Source of the DNA: a virus
Strand: one strand, 5' to 3'
IMG/VR virus record: IMGVR_UViG_3300031368_000001
Coordinates: 1-64,000 of that record
DNA: 64,000 nt
In this document: positions 37,471-48,474 of the stretch, one piece after another
Numbering within the stretch: position 1 is the stretch's first letter
Layout of the letters: every line of letters starts with the position of its first letter
Notes under the pieces: model-generated
Database searches by the model: none
What the model was told of the DNA's origin: nothing
What the model saw: the letters and a program-made list of their open reading frames with translations, nothing else
Translations under genes and position numbers: made by a program

Positions 37471-37863
37471 ATGAAAGAAATATTTTACTTCATTCGAGAC
37501 AAAGATCACAAGCCGGTTATCTCAGTTTGCTTATTGGCAACAACCGATGATTCACCCACAAAGATCGGAGCCCGCGGAGTTGCCATCTGCAGCGATAAGG
37601 ATACACCGTGCACCAAACTACATGCTCACCAAAGTAATGGACCTGGGATAGCTCGGAGGAGAGCATGGAAAGCGTGGAAGAGTGGTGGAGATAAACACGG
37701 AATTCATAGAGAAGAAGCATTTAAAATCCTGGATGCAGTCAGATTTAATAATTCAGAAATCTGGGAAGATATTGCATTTCCTCAGATGTTTGCGTGTAAG
37801 GCTTTTTACTCTCCCATCCCCAGTCCCAAAGAAACACGCATACTAATAAAGGTGAAACGATGA
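37471..37863 (+). CDS. Hypothetical phage protein
   Basis: AGGAG RBS; ARGVAICS.KD motif. Confidence 0.7.
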   Translation: MKEIFYFIRDKDHKPVISVCLLATTDDSPTKIGARGVAICSDKDTPCTKLHAHQSNGPGIARRRAWKAWKSGGDKHGIHREEAFKILDAVRFNNSEIWEDIAFPQMFACKAFYSPIPSPKETRILIKVKR

Positions 37864-38282
37864 ACTTATATCTACATCCAAAACATGGAGTCAATCCAAC
37901 TATGGATACTTGTTTTTATTGCGGAGAAGCAAAAGACATACTGCTTGTTGGAAGCCACACGCAGAGGTTTCAAGAAGAAAGCCTTGCCGATAGCACTGGC
38001 AAAATGAATACACAGATTGGTGTGACAAACATGGAACCCTGTAATAAATGTGCTAAGTATATGAAACAGGGTATCATCCTTATTTCAACTAAAAATGAAA
38101 TTAGTGATGAACCATATAGAACCGGCGGGTGGATCGTAATCAAAGAAGAGGCTTTAAAAAGAATGGTAAACATAGAACTCTTCGAACAGATTAGAAAGAA
38201 ACGTTTTGCCTTTGTTCCTGACGCAGTATGGGATAAATTAGGCTTACCAAGAGGAGAGGTAGAAGGAATACCATCATCATGA
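37860..38282 (+). CDS. Zn-binding hypothetical protein
   Basis: HGVNP...CFYCG...PCNKC. Confidence 0.7.
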   Translation: MNLYLHPKHGVNPTMDTCFYCGEAKDILLVGSHTQRFQEESLADSTGKMNTQIGVTNMEPCNKCAKYMKQGIILISTKNEISDEPYRTGGWIVIKEEALKRMVNIELFEQIRKKRFAFVPDAVWDKLGLPRGEVEGIPSS

Positions 38283-38644
38283 AATTTCTCTACTATGCAC
38301 ATTCAAAATTATCTTATGGGACCCGAAAAGAAAAACGGGAACTGAGGTTAATTAGAAAAGAGTTCCCTGAATATGAGATCATAAATCCGGGTACGGTTAA
38401 TTTTGTGAGCTTATACGAAAATGACATCATGGATGAATGCAAAAGTATTGTTCGACAAGTTCATATAGTAGTTGCATCAGAATATAATAAACACATAGGC
38501 CGAGGGGTATTCGAAGAACTATCAGAAAAAACCAGAGCCAGGAAATTCTTATTAAGAAATAAAGAGTTTATAAAAAACTTCTCTGTGAGAATAGTAGATA
38601 AAGAAGATTGGAGTGTGAAATATGGGAAATGTGAGGAGGTGTAA
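38279..38644 (+). CDS. Nucleoside 2-deoxyribosyltransferase-like fold protein
   Basis: YYAHS...INP...GRGVFEE. Confidence 0.5.
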   Translation: MKFLYYAHSKLSYGTRKEKRELRLIRKEFPEYEIINPGTVNFVSLYENDIMDECKSIVRQVHIVVASEYNKHIGRGVFEELSEKTRARKFLLRNKEFIKNFSVRIVDKEDWSVKYGKCEEV

Positions 38645-38886
38645 GGAGGTATGAGATGTGAGGAGGTGTGAGATGTAAGGAGGCATGAGGTGTGAAGCGT
38701 AAGGAGGTGTGAGGTATGGGAAAATATTGGAAGATAAAAATATGGATCGAGGTAGATGAAGAAATACCAGATGTATGGAATAATAAATCTGAGTGTATAA
38801 CAGAAAGCAAGCATCTACAATCTATACAACCAGAAAATAAGTATGAGTGTATAGAATGTGATGAGAACGGAGAGGAGCTATGACCT

Positions 38887-39285
38887 ATGGGCGATAAATG
38901 CTGGATACAAATGATATTCAGGAAAGAAGACCAGGGGAAGTTTGAGAAGATACTCGGAGATTGCTGGGACAACACAGACGAAGAAAATGGCGTAATGACC
39001 GGGAATGCCTATGAAGTAAACTATGGCCTCTATGAAGAAAGAGAAGAACTTGCTGAAACAGGCCTTACATTTTATGGGCATCATGGAGCTGGAGGAGACT
39101 ACAATGATTGTGTCTTTGCCTGTCATAATAAACATCACGTTGAATCCAATGCAGACTTTGATGGCAGACCGGTAGTTGCTATAAATACAAAAACCGGTGA
39201 AATATCTCAAATAGATCTCAGTATATTCTACAACTATCGAAGAGTTTACTTAGATGCTAAGGAATATATCGAGAGAGGAACATAA
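38887..39285 (+). CDS. Hypothetical protein
   Basis: 132-aa acidic ORF with RBS. Confidence 0.65.
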   Translation: MGDKCWIQMIFRKEDQGKFEKILGDCWDNTDEENGVMTGNAYEVNYGLYEEREELAETGLTFYGHHGAGGDYNDCVFACHNKHHVESNADFDGRPVVAINTKTGEISQIDLSIFYNYRRVYLDAKEYIERGT

Positions 39286-39288
39286 ACT

Positions 39289-39480
39289 ATGAAACAAGAA
39301 GACATAGATAAATATATAAATCATCGCGGACTTCACTGTCCATATTGCAATAGTCCAGAAATTGAAGGTAACTATGTAAATGTTGATGCTGGATTTGCAT
39401 GGCAAAAAATAAAATGTCTGAACTGTGATAAATCATGGATTAATATTTATAAACTAGTAAATATAGAGGAGGAATTTTGA
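39289..39480 (+). CDS. Zn-ribbon microprotein
   Basis: CPYC...CLNC. Confidence 0.7.
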   Translation: MKQEDIDKYINHRGLHCPYCNSPEIEGNYVNVDAGFAWQKIKCLNCDKSWINIYKLVNIEEEF

Positions 39481-39687
39481 AAATTAAACACATCAACGTA
39501 ATAGTCTCTAAAGCAATAGAGAAAAAAACCTGGCACGACAATCTATCCAAAGGAAGCAGGTGGGGCTTAACTTATGGCGCTGATGCTGACCTGAGCAGGC
39601 GGGATGACCCGATAGATTCCATTATAAGTTTAGATAACCAGCTGAGGGAGTTGATAGCGGAGAGGCTGGAGGGACCAGGAGGAAATA

Positions 39688-39954
39688 ATGTGGACAAAAA
39701 AGTGGCCTGAAGAAAGAGGATTTTACTGGTTTTATGGACGACCATATAATTCTAATGGAATCTCATACTCTGATAAAGAAGAACTCTTCGTTGTTGAAGT
39801 AGTGAGAATCCACAAAAATTTCGTGATATGCATTAATCTTTCTGATGATACTACTGAATATGGTGAAAGCTTAATATCTGAAGAAAAAACACAGGGAATG
39901 TGGCAAAAGATACAGCCTCCAAAACTACCTGGGGATTACTATGACACTCACTGA
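39688..39954 (+). CDS. Hypothetical protein
   Basis: WTKKWPEERGFYWFY; GGAGG RBS. Confidence 0.65.
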   Translation: MWTKKWPEERGFYWFYGRPYNSNGISYSDKEELFVVEVVRIHKNFVICINLSDDTTEYGESLISEEKTQGMWQKIQPPKLPGDYYDTH

Positions 39955-40145
39955 ATATCTCCATCAGAGAAAAATAAAGATTATATCTGACATCAAACGA
40001 GATAATAAAATCGATGCAGACAATTATCATAATGTTGGATTGCTGAAAGAAATTGAGAAGGTGATAGCTATAGCTGAGAAGTGATAATAGCTAGAAAATG
40101 GTAGTAGCTGCTGAGAAAAATGGAGAAATATGATAGGATAAAGCT

Positions 40146-40460
40146 ATGAAAAAAAAATTAGTCTGTGATGAGTGCGGTGAAACAAATGATGTAATAACCT
40201 CAACTGTTTGGTGGACTGCATGGGGAAGAAATACCTTTGATCTCGCCTGGCAAAAAAATAAAGGCAAACTCTTTCTATGTGAAAAATGTGAAGAAGAAAA
40301 CTGGACTGTTTGCTGTGATTGTCAAGCTCTTATTGAAAATGATCATTATGGTCTTGGGTATCTATTAGGTGAAGAAATATACGGCGATAGTTTATGTCCA
40401 GAATGTGCAGAAAAGCGGGGCCTTAAAAGAACTTGCAGAATTGCAAATTATACAAAATAA
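40146..40460 (+). CDS. Multi-CxxC Zn-finger protein
   Basis: Four CxxC pairs. Confidence 0.7.
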   Translation: MKKKLVCDECGETNDVITSTVWWTAWGRNTFDLAWQKNKGKLFLCEKCEEENWTVCCDCQALIENDHYGLGYLLGEEIYGDSLCPECAEKRGLKRTCRIANYTK

Positions 40461-40514
40461 CAAACAACAATTTACCAGCTGTAAACAAACAACAAATTAC
40501 CAAAGGAGGTAAAA

Positions 40515-40736
40515 ATGTTTGAAGTATTATTCTTTAACAATGGAAGTTCTGCTTGTCTGAAAGATGGAAAACAGGTACTAGAATTACAGGAATCATGGCT
40601 TTTGTTATATGTAAAATTCCTAGAAGAAAAAGGGATTGATCCTACTGATGGCATTTTCAGTATGCCAGGAGGGGAAGAAGTAAAAGTTTTCAAAACCGGT
40701 AGTGACTATAACTGGAGATTTCTATCAAAATCATGA
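40515..40736 (+). CDS. Hypothetical protein
   Basis: AGGAGG RBS. Confidence 0.65.
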   Translation: MFEVLFFNNGSSACLKDGKQVLELQESWLLLYVKFLEEKGIDPTDGIFSMPGGEEVKVFKTGSDYNWRFLSKS

Positions 40737-40939
40737 AAATACATCTCAAAGTAAACAGTTCAAACCTACGACACACACGCTTCACAGTCTTTACTAACGG
40801 CGCGAATTGTGGCACACTTATAATGACGAATGAAGAGTTTAAGAGGTTTTGTGATTTGCTGAGGAAAGGCGCTGGGAATAATGTGGACTTGACCGCATCC
40901 GGGACAATATATACTGAGGAAGACAGGAGAGGAAGATGA
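40733..40939 (+). CDS. Hypothetical protein
   Basis: ATGA coupling. Confidence 0.6.
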   Translation: MKIHLKVNSSNLRHTRFTVFTNGANCGTLIMTNEEFKRFCDLLRKGAGNNVDLTASGTIYTEEDRRGR

Positions 40940-41298
40940 TAATAGAAGGAACCTGGCCAAAAGATGATTTACGAAGAGCTTTCGTAGCTGGCGCGAAATG
41001 GTGGGAGTATCATCAAACTAACTTTACTATGTGGCCGAGTGATCGAAAACTCGCAGAGACTAAAGCGGAAAAACTGTACCCCTCTGGCGAACCTAGAACT
41101 AAGGAGCAATAACTATGTCTGACTTTACCTGTCGTAACGGTCATCTCATGAGCATCAAAGATAAATTCTGCCCAATCTGTGGTCTACCAGTTAGATATGA
41201 AGATAGAAGAATAGATTATATAACCTATGAAGAGTATGTAAGAGAGTGGAAAAAAAAAGAACAACCATGCTCTTTATTCCAGGAGCCATTTATTTTAG

Positions 41299-41574
41299 AT
41301 GAGAGATATTCGCATCAAACAAGATACCATAACAGATGAAATCAGAGTCTCAACTGCCGCAATATATAGGGAAGAAGTATTTTATGATGGCCTTCATAAA
41401 TACTGGCTTATTGAAACCTGGTGTTTTAGCAAGGACCCAAAACAAAAAAGTTTTCAGGTTATATATGGCACACCAAGTTTTCTATATGATCAGATCAGAT
41501 GGAAGGCACGAAAAGTTCATGGATATATTGTAGAAAATTTAAGGAGAAATCATGACAGAAAGAACTCTCCGTAA
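41299..41574 (+). CDS. Hypothetical protein
   Basis: ORF in the operon strand. Confidence 0.55.
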   Translation: MRDIRIKQDTITDEIRVSTAAIYREEVFYDGLHKYWLIETWCFSKDPKQKSFQVIYGTPSFLYDQIRWKARKVHGYIVENLRRNHDRKNSP

Positions 41575-41650
41575 ACTAATCATAATCTTCTTAATTTTAG
41601 GAAGCATAGTAATCTTGGTAAAGATATTATAAGGAAAGAGAGGAATAGTA

Positions 41651-41911
41651 ATGCTTGATATTAAAACAATACCAGACGATAGGCTCAAACAAGATTTAGA
41701 TGACAGCTATAAAGATATCATGGATTGCACAACAGCATTAAAAGTTGGAGTAACTCAGTATAGTGGCGGTTCAATCGAGGAACGCTTAAATAAGAATAAA
41801 CATTTTGTGAAAGTTATTACGGCTGAAATTAAACGTAGAAAAATGTTCCATGGTAAATCTATACACTCTGATCCTTGTTTAGGCGAACGGAATTTAGAGG
41901 CAGATAATTAA
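41651..41911 (+). CDS. Hypothetical protein
   Basis: RBS GAGG. Confidence 0.6.
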   Translation: MLDIKTIPDDRLKQDLDDSYKDIMDCTTALKVGVTQYSGGSIEERLNKNKHFVKVITAEIKRRKMFHGKSIHSDPCLGERNLEADN

Positions 41912-42384
41912 AATATTATGATCTCTCTCATCTCAACTATACTTACTTTAATCTGGCTTTGTCATAAGCCTGCTTTAATTAAAGTTTTTATCGGCCTCGG
42001 TATGATGTTGATAGATTTGATAATTATAGGGAAGGGATTGCCGTGAAAAACTTCGATTGGAATGTAGATAAAATTAGCGATGTAGAAGCAAGACTTAATG
42101 CTGCTCAGAAACTATGGAACATGCAAACATTCCTTAAGCCTACTCAAAAAAGACGCATAGAGATTCTCAGTTTGTTTAACCAGACTGTAACAGATCTTGA
42201 ATCTATTATAACTGAGTTAGAGGAATAAAAAGAAAGGACGCCCCTGCCAGATTACGGCCAAATCTAACAGGGACGCTTAAAGGAGGATAATGAAAAGAGA
42301 ACTGTCTTTCCTTCTATCCTACCTTTGAAATATTGTCAAGTGATTTATTTTTATAAGTGAAAAAAAATATAATGAGGTGAACCT

Positions 42385-43344
42385 ATGGCAACTAAGGGCC
42401 TAGCAAACAAAGCTATGTTGGTAAGTTTAGTTATATCACAATGGCTTACCAGAATAGTTGATAAGTCGATTACATGGCAAATTGCCAATGATCATAAAGC
42501 AAGCAAAGATGCAGGCACATACCGCAAACGTCTATTAGCAAACAAAGGCGCTGTAGCTAGAGTGCAGACTGCAGTAAGCGCGCTCAGAAGATATCATGGG
42601 CAGATGACTCTTCCTTGGACTAAGGGAATAGGAATTCTTGCGAGCTCAAAGTATACAGAGTACTCAGCTAAAATGAGAGGACTCATCAATGAATTCAAGG
42701 CAGCTGTCCTGGAGCTTCTTAATGAATATCCTATTTTAAAAGATGATGCAAAGTATGATCTTGGTGATATGTGGAAAGATGATGACTATCCAACAGAGAA
42801 ATGGCTTAAAGCAAAGTTCGATGTAAGGATTGATGTTTTTCCTGTTCCTCAAGCTGGAGACTGGAGGGTAGAGCTTACAGACAAAGAAATGGAAAAACTT
42901 AATAAAGAAATTGAGAAGCGCGAAGAAGAACGCACCAAGGAAGCCATGAATAAACTATGGGAGCGCCTGTATAAACCGGTAAAGCATATGGTTGAAGTTC
43001 TCAACAAAGATAATCCTAAGATCTTCAAGACACTTACTTCAAATATTATGAATCTCACAGAAATCCTGCCTGATCTTAACTTCACTGAAGATCCGAAGCT
43101 CGAGGATCTCAGAAAAGAGGTCCAGGATAAACTTTGTGAAATCTCAATAGACGAACTGAAAGAATCCAAATACTTTAGAGAAACTATAGCCGGAAAAGCC
43201 GAGGAGCTACGCCAGAAAATTAAGGAAGGTGGGGATATAACAGATGATGATGTTCTAGAAATGATGGATGGATATGTAGGAAATGAAATCATAGAAGAAT
43301 TTGGTCCACCTGTTGTTGGACAGAAAAAAATAAAGGGGGTGTGA
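42385..43344 (+). CDS. DUF3150-like protein of the AAA/VWA module
   Basis: MLVSLVISQW...TLPW...DYP...KF; helical; upstream of AAA and VWA genes. Confidence 0.65.
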   Translation: MATKGLANKAMLVSLVISQWLTRIVDKSITWQIANDHKASKDAGTYRKRLLANKGAVARVQTAVSALRRYHGQMTLPWTKGIGILASSKYTEYSAKMRGLINEFKAAVLELLNEYPILKDDAKYDLGDMWKDDDYPTEKWLKAKFDVRIDVFPVPQAGDWRVELTDKEMEKLNKEIEKREEERTKEAMNKLWERLYKPVKHMVEVLNKDNPKIFKTLTSNIMNLTEILPDLNFTEDPKLEDLRKEVQDKLCEISIDELKESKYFRETIAGKAEELRQKIKEGGDITDDDVLEMMDGYVGNEIIEEFGPPVVGQKKIKGV

Positions 43345-43762
43345 GTAGATGATTAGTTTATCTGCAAAAGAATATAGAATAGATTTAATCTGGCAGTGCC
43401 CAAAATGCAAAAAAACAGTAACATCCTGTATTGATGAACCTATCGAGAATGGATGGCCTTTATGTACCTGTAGCAAAGAACCGTTTCCAGAAATGAACTT
43501 AGTTACTTACCTTTTATCAAATAATAACATCGAATGAACCACACACAGACTTCCGCACTATCTTTTCTTCACAACCAAATGGATGATCTGCTCGCAGATT
43601 ACGCCAATGCCAAAATCAATGCCGCCTTTTTTATTAACCAGATCAATGACTTACTTAACAAACTTGAAGTCTTTATTAAAGAAAATAAATCTTCTGATGT
43701 TTCATATGAAAGAAGCATCCAGATACATAAATCATTTTTCAGAGTGAAGAACGGAGGATAAC

Positions 43763-44809
43763 ATGAAACCATCACAACTCTTAGATGTCCTTAAAACAGG
43801 CATACCTTTACAGCGAGCCTTCTTACTTACCGGCGGCCCGGGAGTTGGAAAAACTGATGTCAGCAAACAAGCTGCTAAATTGGCCAACTATGAATGTCAG
43901 ATATTTCATCCGGTATGGAGTGATCCAACAGATCCTAAAGGAATGCCATGGGTTTATGTTCCAAAAGAATCCGATGCGCCTAAGGCAGAATTCATTCCGT
44001 TCGGTGATCTAAGAAGATTACTCGAGGCCACTGTTCCAACTTTAGCGGTACTTGATGATTTAGGCCAGGCAGCTCCATTGGTACAAGCATCATATATGCC
44101 ATGGCTTCTGGAACGCAGAATCAACGGAAGAAAGTTTCCTGATTTTATTACATTTCTTGCATGCACCAACAGGAGAGAGGACAAAGCCGCAGTATCAGGA
44201 ATTCTTGAACCCGTAAAATCCAGATTTATGAGTATACTCAATTTTGATGTTGATGTTGAAGACTGGATACAGTGGGCAATTATAAATAACATTCATCCCG
44301 TCATGAGAGCATTCATCAGAGCAAGACCAAAATTACTCTTTGACTTTAGGCCTACTGGAGATATGACCAATTCTCCAACACCGCGGACGGTCGCTCATGT
44401 AGGAAGATTATACGCAGATAAATATTCTACAGAGACAGAGTATGAACTTTACTCAGGCGCTGCAGGCGAAGGCTTTGCCGTAGAATTCCTGGCATTTTCA
44501 AAGATCTTTAGAAAGCTTGTCAGCCCTAAGAAAGTTATTCAGGACCCTGATAGCTTTGTTATCCCTTCTGAGCCTGATGTACTCTACGCACTCTGCGGAG
44601 CAGTAGCTAATCTTTCAAGCGAAGATACTATGAAGAGTATAGTTAAATTTGCAGAGAGATTAGCGGATAGCAATAACTTTGATAATGGAACAGCCAGGTC
44701 TGAATTTGCAGTGTTGCTAATTAGAGACAGCTGTAACCATGATAATGAATGTAGGAATACACGAGAATATATAGAATGGCAGACACAGAATCCAGATATC
44801 GTGGTGTAG
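43763..44809 (+). CDS. MoxR-like AAA+ ATPase
   Basis: Walker A GGPGVGKT, Walker B VLDD, ACTN, SRF, PTPRT. Confidence 0.9.
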   Translation: MKPSQLLDVLKTGIPLQRAFLLTGGPGVGKTDVSKQAAKLANYECQIFHPVWSDPTDPKGMPWVYVPKESDAPKAEFIPFGDLRRLLEATVPTLAVLDDLGQAAPLVQASYMPWLLERRINGRKFPDFITFLACTNRREDKAAVSGILEPVKSRFMSILNFDVDVEDWIQWAIINNIHPVMRAFIRARPKLLFDFRPTGDMTNSPTPRTVAHVGRLYADKYSTETEYELYSGAAGEGFAVEFLAFSKIFRKLVSPKKVIQDPDSFVIPSEPDVLYALCGAVANLSSEDTMKSIVKFAERLADSNNFDNGTARSEFAVLLIRDSCNHDNECRNTREYIEWQTQNPDIVV

Positions 44810-44840
44810 GAAATGATGGTATAAGCCGCAGGGGAGTACT

Positions 44841-45209
44841 ATGAAAAAGAAAAAACTATATTATGCTACAAAGGATAATTTTACAGAACTAACATGGAAT
44901 CCAGAACTTTTTGATAATTTTAGAGAAGCAAGCTCTCATGAAATCACATTAGAGCAGCTAGCAGACATGTTCGACCAGCACGCGGAAAGTATTAATGCGC
45001 ATGACTTCGTTACTACTCACCGTGCATTAGCAGCATTGCTTTATAAAAACTTTGGCAGGGAAATAGCAACCAAAGTATTAATATCACTTGTAGATTTTGA
45101 AGGTCTGCATGGTCTTACCGGGGTCGGTGGCAAAACAAATCCAGATGAACATGAAAAAGAATTACATGTACCATTGAATAACTGGAAAGATTGGAGCTTA
45201 GGAATATAA
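44841..45209 (+). CDS. Hypothetical protein between AAA and VWA genes
   Basis: GGGGAG RBS. Confidence 0.65.
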   Translation: MKKKKLYYATKDNFTELTWNPELFDNFREASSHEITLEQLADMFDQHAESINAHDFVTTHRALAALLYKNFGREIATKVLISLVDFEGLHGLTGVGGKTNPDEHEKELHVPLNNWKDWSLGI

Positions 45210-45211
45210 TT

Positions 45212-46615
45212 ATGAACCAAGACATTCTTACTAAAATAACCACAGCCCAAAAAATTCTCATTCTCGATTATTCATTCTGGGGAAGTCTCGCTCTGCGTCT
45301 TACTCTAAAAGAGGACGAAACCTGTAAGACCGGTTGGACTGATGGAGTTACTCTTGGGTATAATCCACACTGGATCGAGACTCTCTCACACAAAGGAACC
45401 GTGGCCTGGTGCGCTCATGAAGTATGCCATCCAATGTGTCAGCATCATACAAGAAGAGCTGGAAGAAATCATAGGTTATGGCAAACGGCTGCTGATTATG
45501 TGGTTAACAGTATACTTGTAAAAGAAAAATTTGATTTACCCGGCCAGCCTCTCTACGATCCACGCTTCAATGGTATGAGTACAGATGAGGTATATAGTAT
45601 TTTAGAGAAAGAAATGGAGGAGGAAAGGGAAAATAGAAGGAAAGAAATCAATGAAAAAAATAAAAGTGAAAATAAAGGAGTTAAAGGAAATAACTTACCT
45701 GATAGCTCTACTGATCCTGGCAACGAGCCTATGGATGACAATTCAGATGATGGGAATGCTGGGAATGATAGAGACACCAACGATAATGGTAAAGATGATG
45801 AAAAGAATCAAAAAGACAGCGGAGGTGATTTAGGGAATAACGCCAATAAGAGCAAAGATGATCCTGATGATAACGATCCTGATAATAATGATCCTGATCC
45901 TGGCAACTGCGGAGAAGTAAGAGACTATCCAGGCAAGGATAATGACCCCTCCCCTTCTGACATGAAACAGCAAGAACAAGATTGGAAAATAGCAACTGTG
46001 CAAGCTGCAACACAAGCTAAACAACATGGCAACATGCCCGCAGGTCTCGATGCTGAAATTCAAAACATAGTAGAACCAAAAGTAGATCCGCGAGATTTAT
46101 TACAAAAATTTGTGGCCATGTCTGCTAAGAATGACTTCACGTGGTCCATGCCAAATAGAAAATATATTCCTCATGGATTATACCTACCCAGTATGAAGAG
46201 TGAAGAACTGGGAACTGTGGTTTTAGTTTTAGATACATCGATTAGTATCGGTCAGAAAGAACTGGATAATTTTTCAGCGATCGTCTCAGCTATTCTGGAA
46301 ACGTATATTATAGATGCGATTGTTCTTTACTGTGACACGAAAATATACGAACCTGAGTATTTCAAGAGAGAAGATTTACCCCTGAAACTAAAAATGAAAG
46401 GACGGGGTGGAACGAATTTTGCGCCACCTTTCTTGTTCGTAAAAGAACATGACATAGATCCGGTATGCCTGATTTATTTAACAGATCTTGAATGTAATGA
46501 CTATCCAGATTTTGAACCAAGTTATCCGGTGATGTGGATATGTACGGACCCACCGGAATATGTATATGATATACCACCATTCGGGGAAATAATATATATA
46601 GATTTAGAGAAGTGA
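45212..46615 (+). CDS. DUF2201 metallopeptidase-like plus VWA domain protein
   Basis: HEVCH zincin motif, acidic linker, DTSIS MIDAS, GRGGT, LTD. Confidence 0.9.
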   Translation: MNQDILTKITTAQKILILDYSFWGSLALRLTLKEDETCKTGWTDGVTLGYNPHWIETLSHKGTVAWCAHEVCHPMCQHHTRRAGRNHRLWQTAADYVVNSILVKEKFDLPGQPLYDPRFNGMSTDEVYSILEKEMEEERENRRKEINEKNKSENKGVKGNNLPDSSTDPGNEPMDDNSDDGNAGNDRDTNDNGKDDEKNQKDSGGDLGNNANKSKDDPDDNDPDNNDPDPGNCGEVRDYPGKDNDPSPSDMKQQEQDWKIATVQAATQAKQHGNMPAGLDAEIQNIVEPKVDPRDLLQKFVAMSAKNDFTWSMPNRKYIPHGLYLPSMKSEELGTVVLVLDTSISIGQKELDNFSAIVSAILETYIIDAIVLYCDTKIYEPEYFKREDLPLKLKMKGRGGTNFAPPFLFVKEHDIDPVCLIYLTDLECNDYPDFEPSYPVMWICTDPPEYVYDIPPFGEIIYIDLEK

Positions 46616-47200
46616 TGATGCCTAAATATAAAGTAGTTTTGTTGTCGCCAATGCTAACCTGGGAGAAAGTAGATGCTGAATCAACTGAAAAGGCTGAAGA
46701 AGAATGTTGGAATGATCCATGCCTTGATCGAATAGATTTGACAGACGGGCCATTTTATATGGCCGCAGAGGAAATTGAGGAGGATGAAATTGAGTAAACC
46801 TAATCTCCTTGTAGTTACCTTCTTATATCTTTACTTTGTTGTCCGCGCGTAACCTTTTTTTTAGAAATACTACCTAAAGAAAGAGAGAAAGAATAAATGA
46901 AAATAGCCATAGTTAGCTCAAAAGACCTTGGCCTCAACTGCTGGTCACCAAAAAGATTTCTTGGATCCTGTGATCAGTGTGATAAAGTAATGAAATGTAA
47001 ATTACCAGAAGCCCGAGCAGGGAGAATTAAGTTACTAAATGGTAAAATTACTGAAGCTCATAAAATAGTGAAAAAATTAGAAGAGCAGAGATTCCAGGAA
47101 GTGAAAGAAGGGTTGAGGGAAGAGAGTAAATTGTAATTTGTTTATATACAGATATTTTTCTGGTTAATACTGTGCGTTATACGCAAAAGGAAACTTAAAT

Positions 47201-47392
47201 ATGAAATATATATATGCTGTACTCAGGGAGACAGGTGGAGCACACAAAAGTATGGACGTAATGAGCGTGTGGACAAACAAAAAACTCGCCCAGAAAGAGG
47301 CTAATAAATTGAATGTATTAGCATCGGAGGGCTATGAATGTGAAGTGCGTAGATGGATTGTAAATGAAACTGGTGATACAATTAACTGGTAG
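47201..47392 (+). CDS. Integron-cassette-borne hypothetical protein
   Basis: Bounded by GTTATACGC (47176) and GCGTATAAC (47392). Confidence 0.7.
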   Translation: MKYIYAVLRETGGAHKSMDVMSVWTNKKLAQKEANKLNVLASEGYECEVRRWIVNETGDTINW

Positions 47393-47393
47393 C

Positions 47394-47452
47394 GTATAAC
47401 CATGCCCCTGAAGCCAACAGCAAATAGCTGCGGCTTACCGGCGGCGTTAGGA
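47394..47452 (+). mobile_element. attC site (59 bp)
   Basis: GTATAAC...imperfect palindrome...GTTAGGA. Confidence 0.75.
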
Positions 47453-47459
47453 GTCAACA

Positions 47460-47729
47460 ATGAGTGTTGTCACAGATATTATTTTGGTTACTGCTATTGA
47501 GGATGGCGCATATAGACCATCATTCGACTTAGTTAAAGTCGACCAATACGCAGGCGGAGGCAAGGCGGTACAGTGCGATGTGTTTATGTCAGCCGTTAAC
47601 TACTTGGTTTTAGAGGATTTACTTGATTGGTTCAAGTCTGTAAGATGGGAATATCCAGAACAGGTGCAACTTTTTGTTAAAGGCGAACACGACGACAAGT
47701 TTGCTGTGTACTGCCCTGAAAACTCCTAA
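47460..47729 (+). CDS. Integron-cassette-borne hypothetical protein
   Basis: Stop lies in the ACTCCTAAC inverse core, which matches upstream GTTAGGAGT. Confidence 0.75.
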   Translation: MSVVTDIILVTAIEDGAYRPSFDLVKVDQYAGGGKAVQCDVFMSAVNYLVLEDLLDWFKSVRWEYPEQVQLFVKGEHDDKFAVYCPENS

Positions 47730-47790
47730 CCAATCGTTCAACAACCGACCGCCGATACAGCCCTGTGGCGGGTTAACTCAAACGTTAGGT
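47724..47790 (+). mobile_element. attC site (67 bp)
   Basis: TCCTAAC...GTTAGGT. Confidence 0.75.
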
Positions 47791-47950
47791 GGCAAGCATG
47801 AGAAAGCCTTTGACAGGGCATAGGCCATATCCGAGTGAAAGGATAGTACAGCCCATGGATAAGGCATCACACATGCAAGTCTGGTTGGCTATAACTATTA
47901 TTGGCAATTAGCATTGCTGGTAGTTTAGGCAGTTCGATTCTGCCATTGCC

Positions 47951-48012
47951 ACCTAATAAATCCCTGAACCAGACGCCATAAAGCTCGGCGCTGGTTAGCT
48001 CAAGCGTTAAGG
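47951..48012 (+). mobile_element. attC site (62 bp)
   Basis: ACCTAAT...AACCAG-CGCC/GGCG-CTGGTT...GTTAAGG. Confidence 0.75.
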
Positions 48013-48132
48013 AGGAAAAAAATGAAAATGTCAGTAAAAGAGTTTGATTCATTGACAAAGAGAGATTTTGACAATGGAGCGGTTAGGGATGCTATTCGCA
48101 ATAGCTTAAAAGAGTGTGAAAAATTGCTTGCC

Positions 48133-48194
48133 TCCCAACAAGTCGTTGAAGCAGACCGCGCTAATCGCACGACTGATTAACTCAGGCGTTATAA
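48133..48194 (+). mobile_element. attC site (62 bp)
   Basis: TCCCAAC...GTTATAA. Confidence 0.7.
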
Positions 48195-48207
48195 TTTAAG
48201 AGGAAAA

Positions 48208-48456
48208 ATGAAAGAAGAAAAAAAAATATGCGACATGATTTTAAGTACTGTTTCACGCTTCAATGATGCTCAAAGTATTGGGATTGAGGTTCTAGAGAAA
48301 TATAAGAACATGGATAAAGGCATAGTTCCAGAGTTGCAAGAAATCGCTTTTCATGTTCAGAGTTTAGCACGAGGCTGGCGTTCTCAGCAAGATCGGGCAG
48401 ATGAGTGTTATGAGAAATATGCTGCATATAAAAAATATTGCAATGAAAATCTATAA
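48208..48456 (+). CDS. Cassette-borne hypothetical protein (attC truncated)
   Basis: Starts after GTTATAA, ends in CTATAAC. Confidence 0.65.
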   Translation: MKEEKKICDMILSTVSRFNDAQSIGIEVLEKYKNMDKGIVPELQEIAFHVQSLARGWRSQQDRADECYEKYAAYKKYCNENL

Positions 48457-48474
48457 CAATAAGGAGGAAAAACC

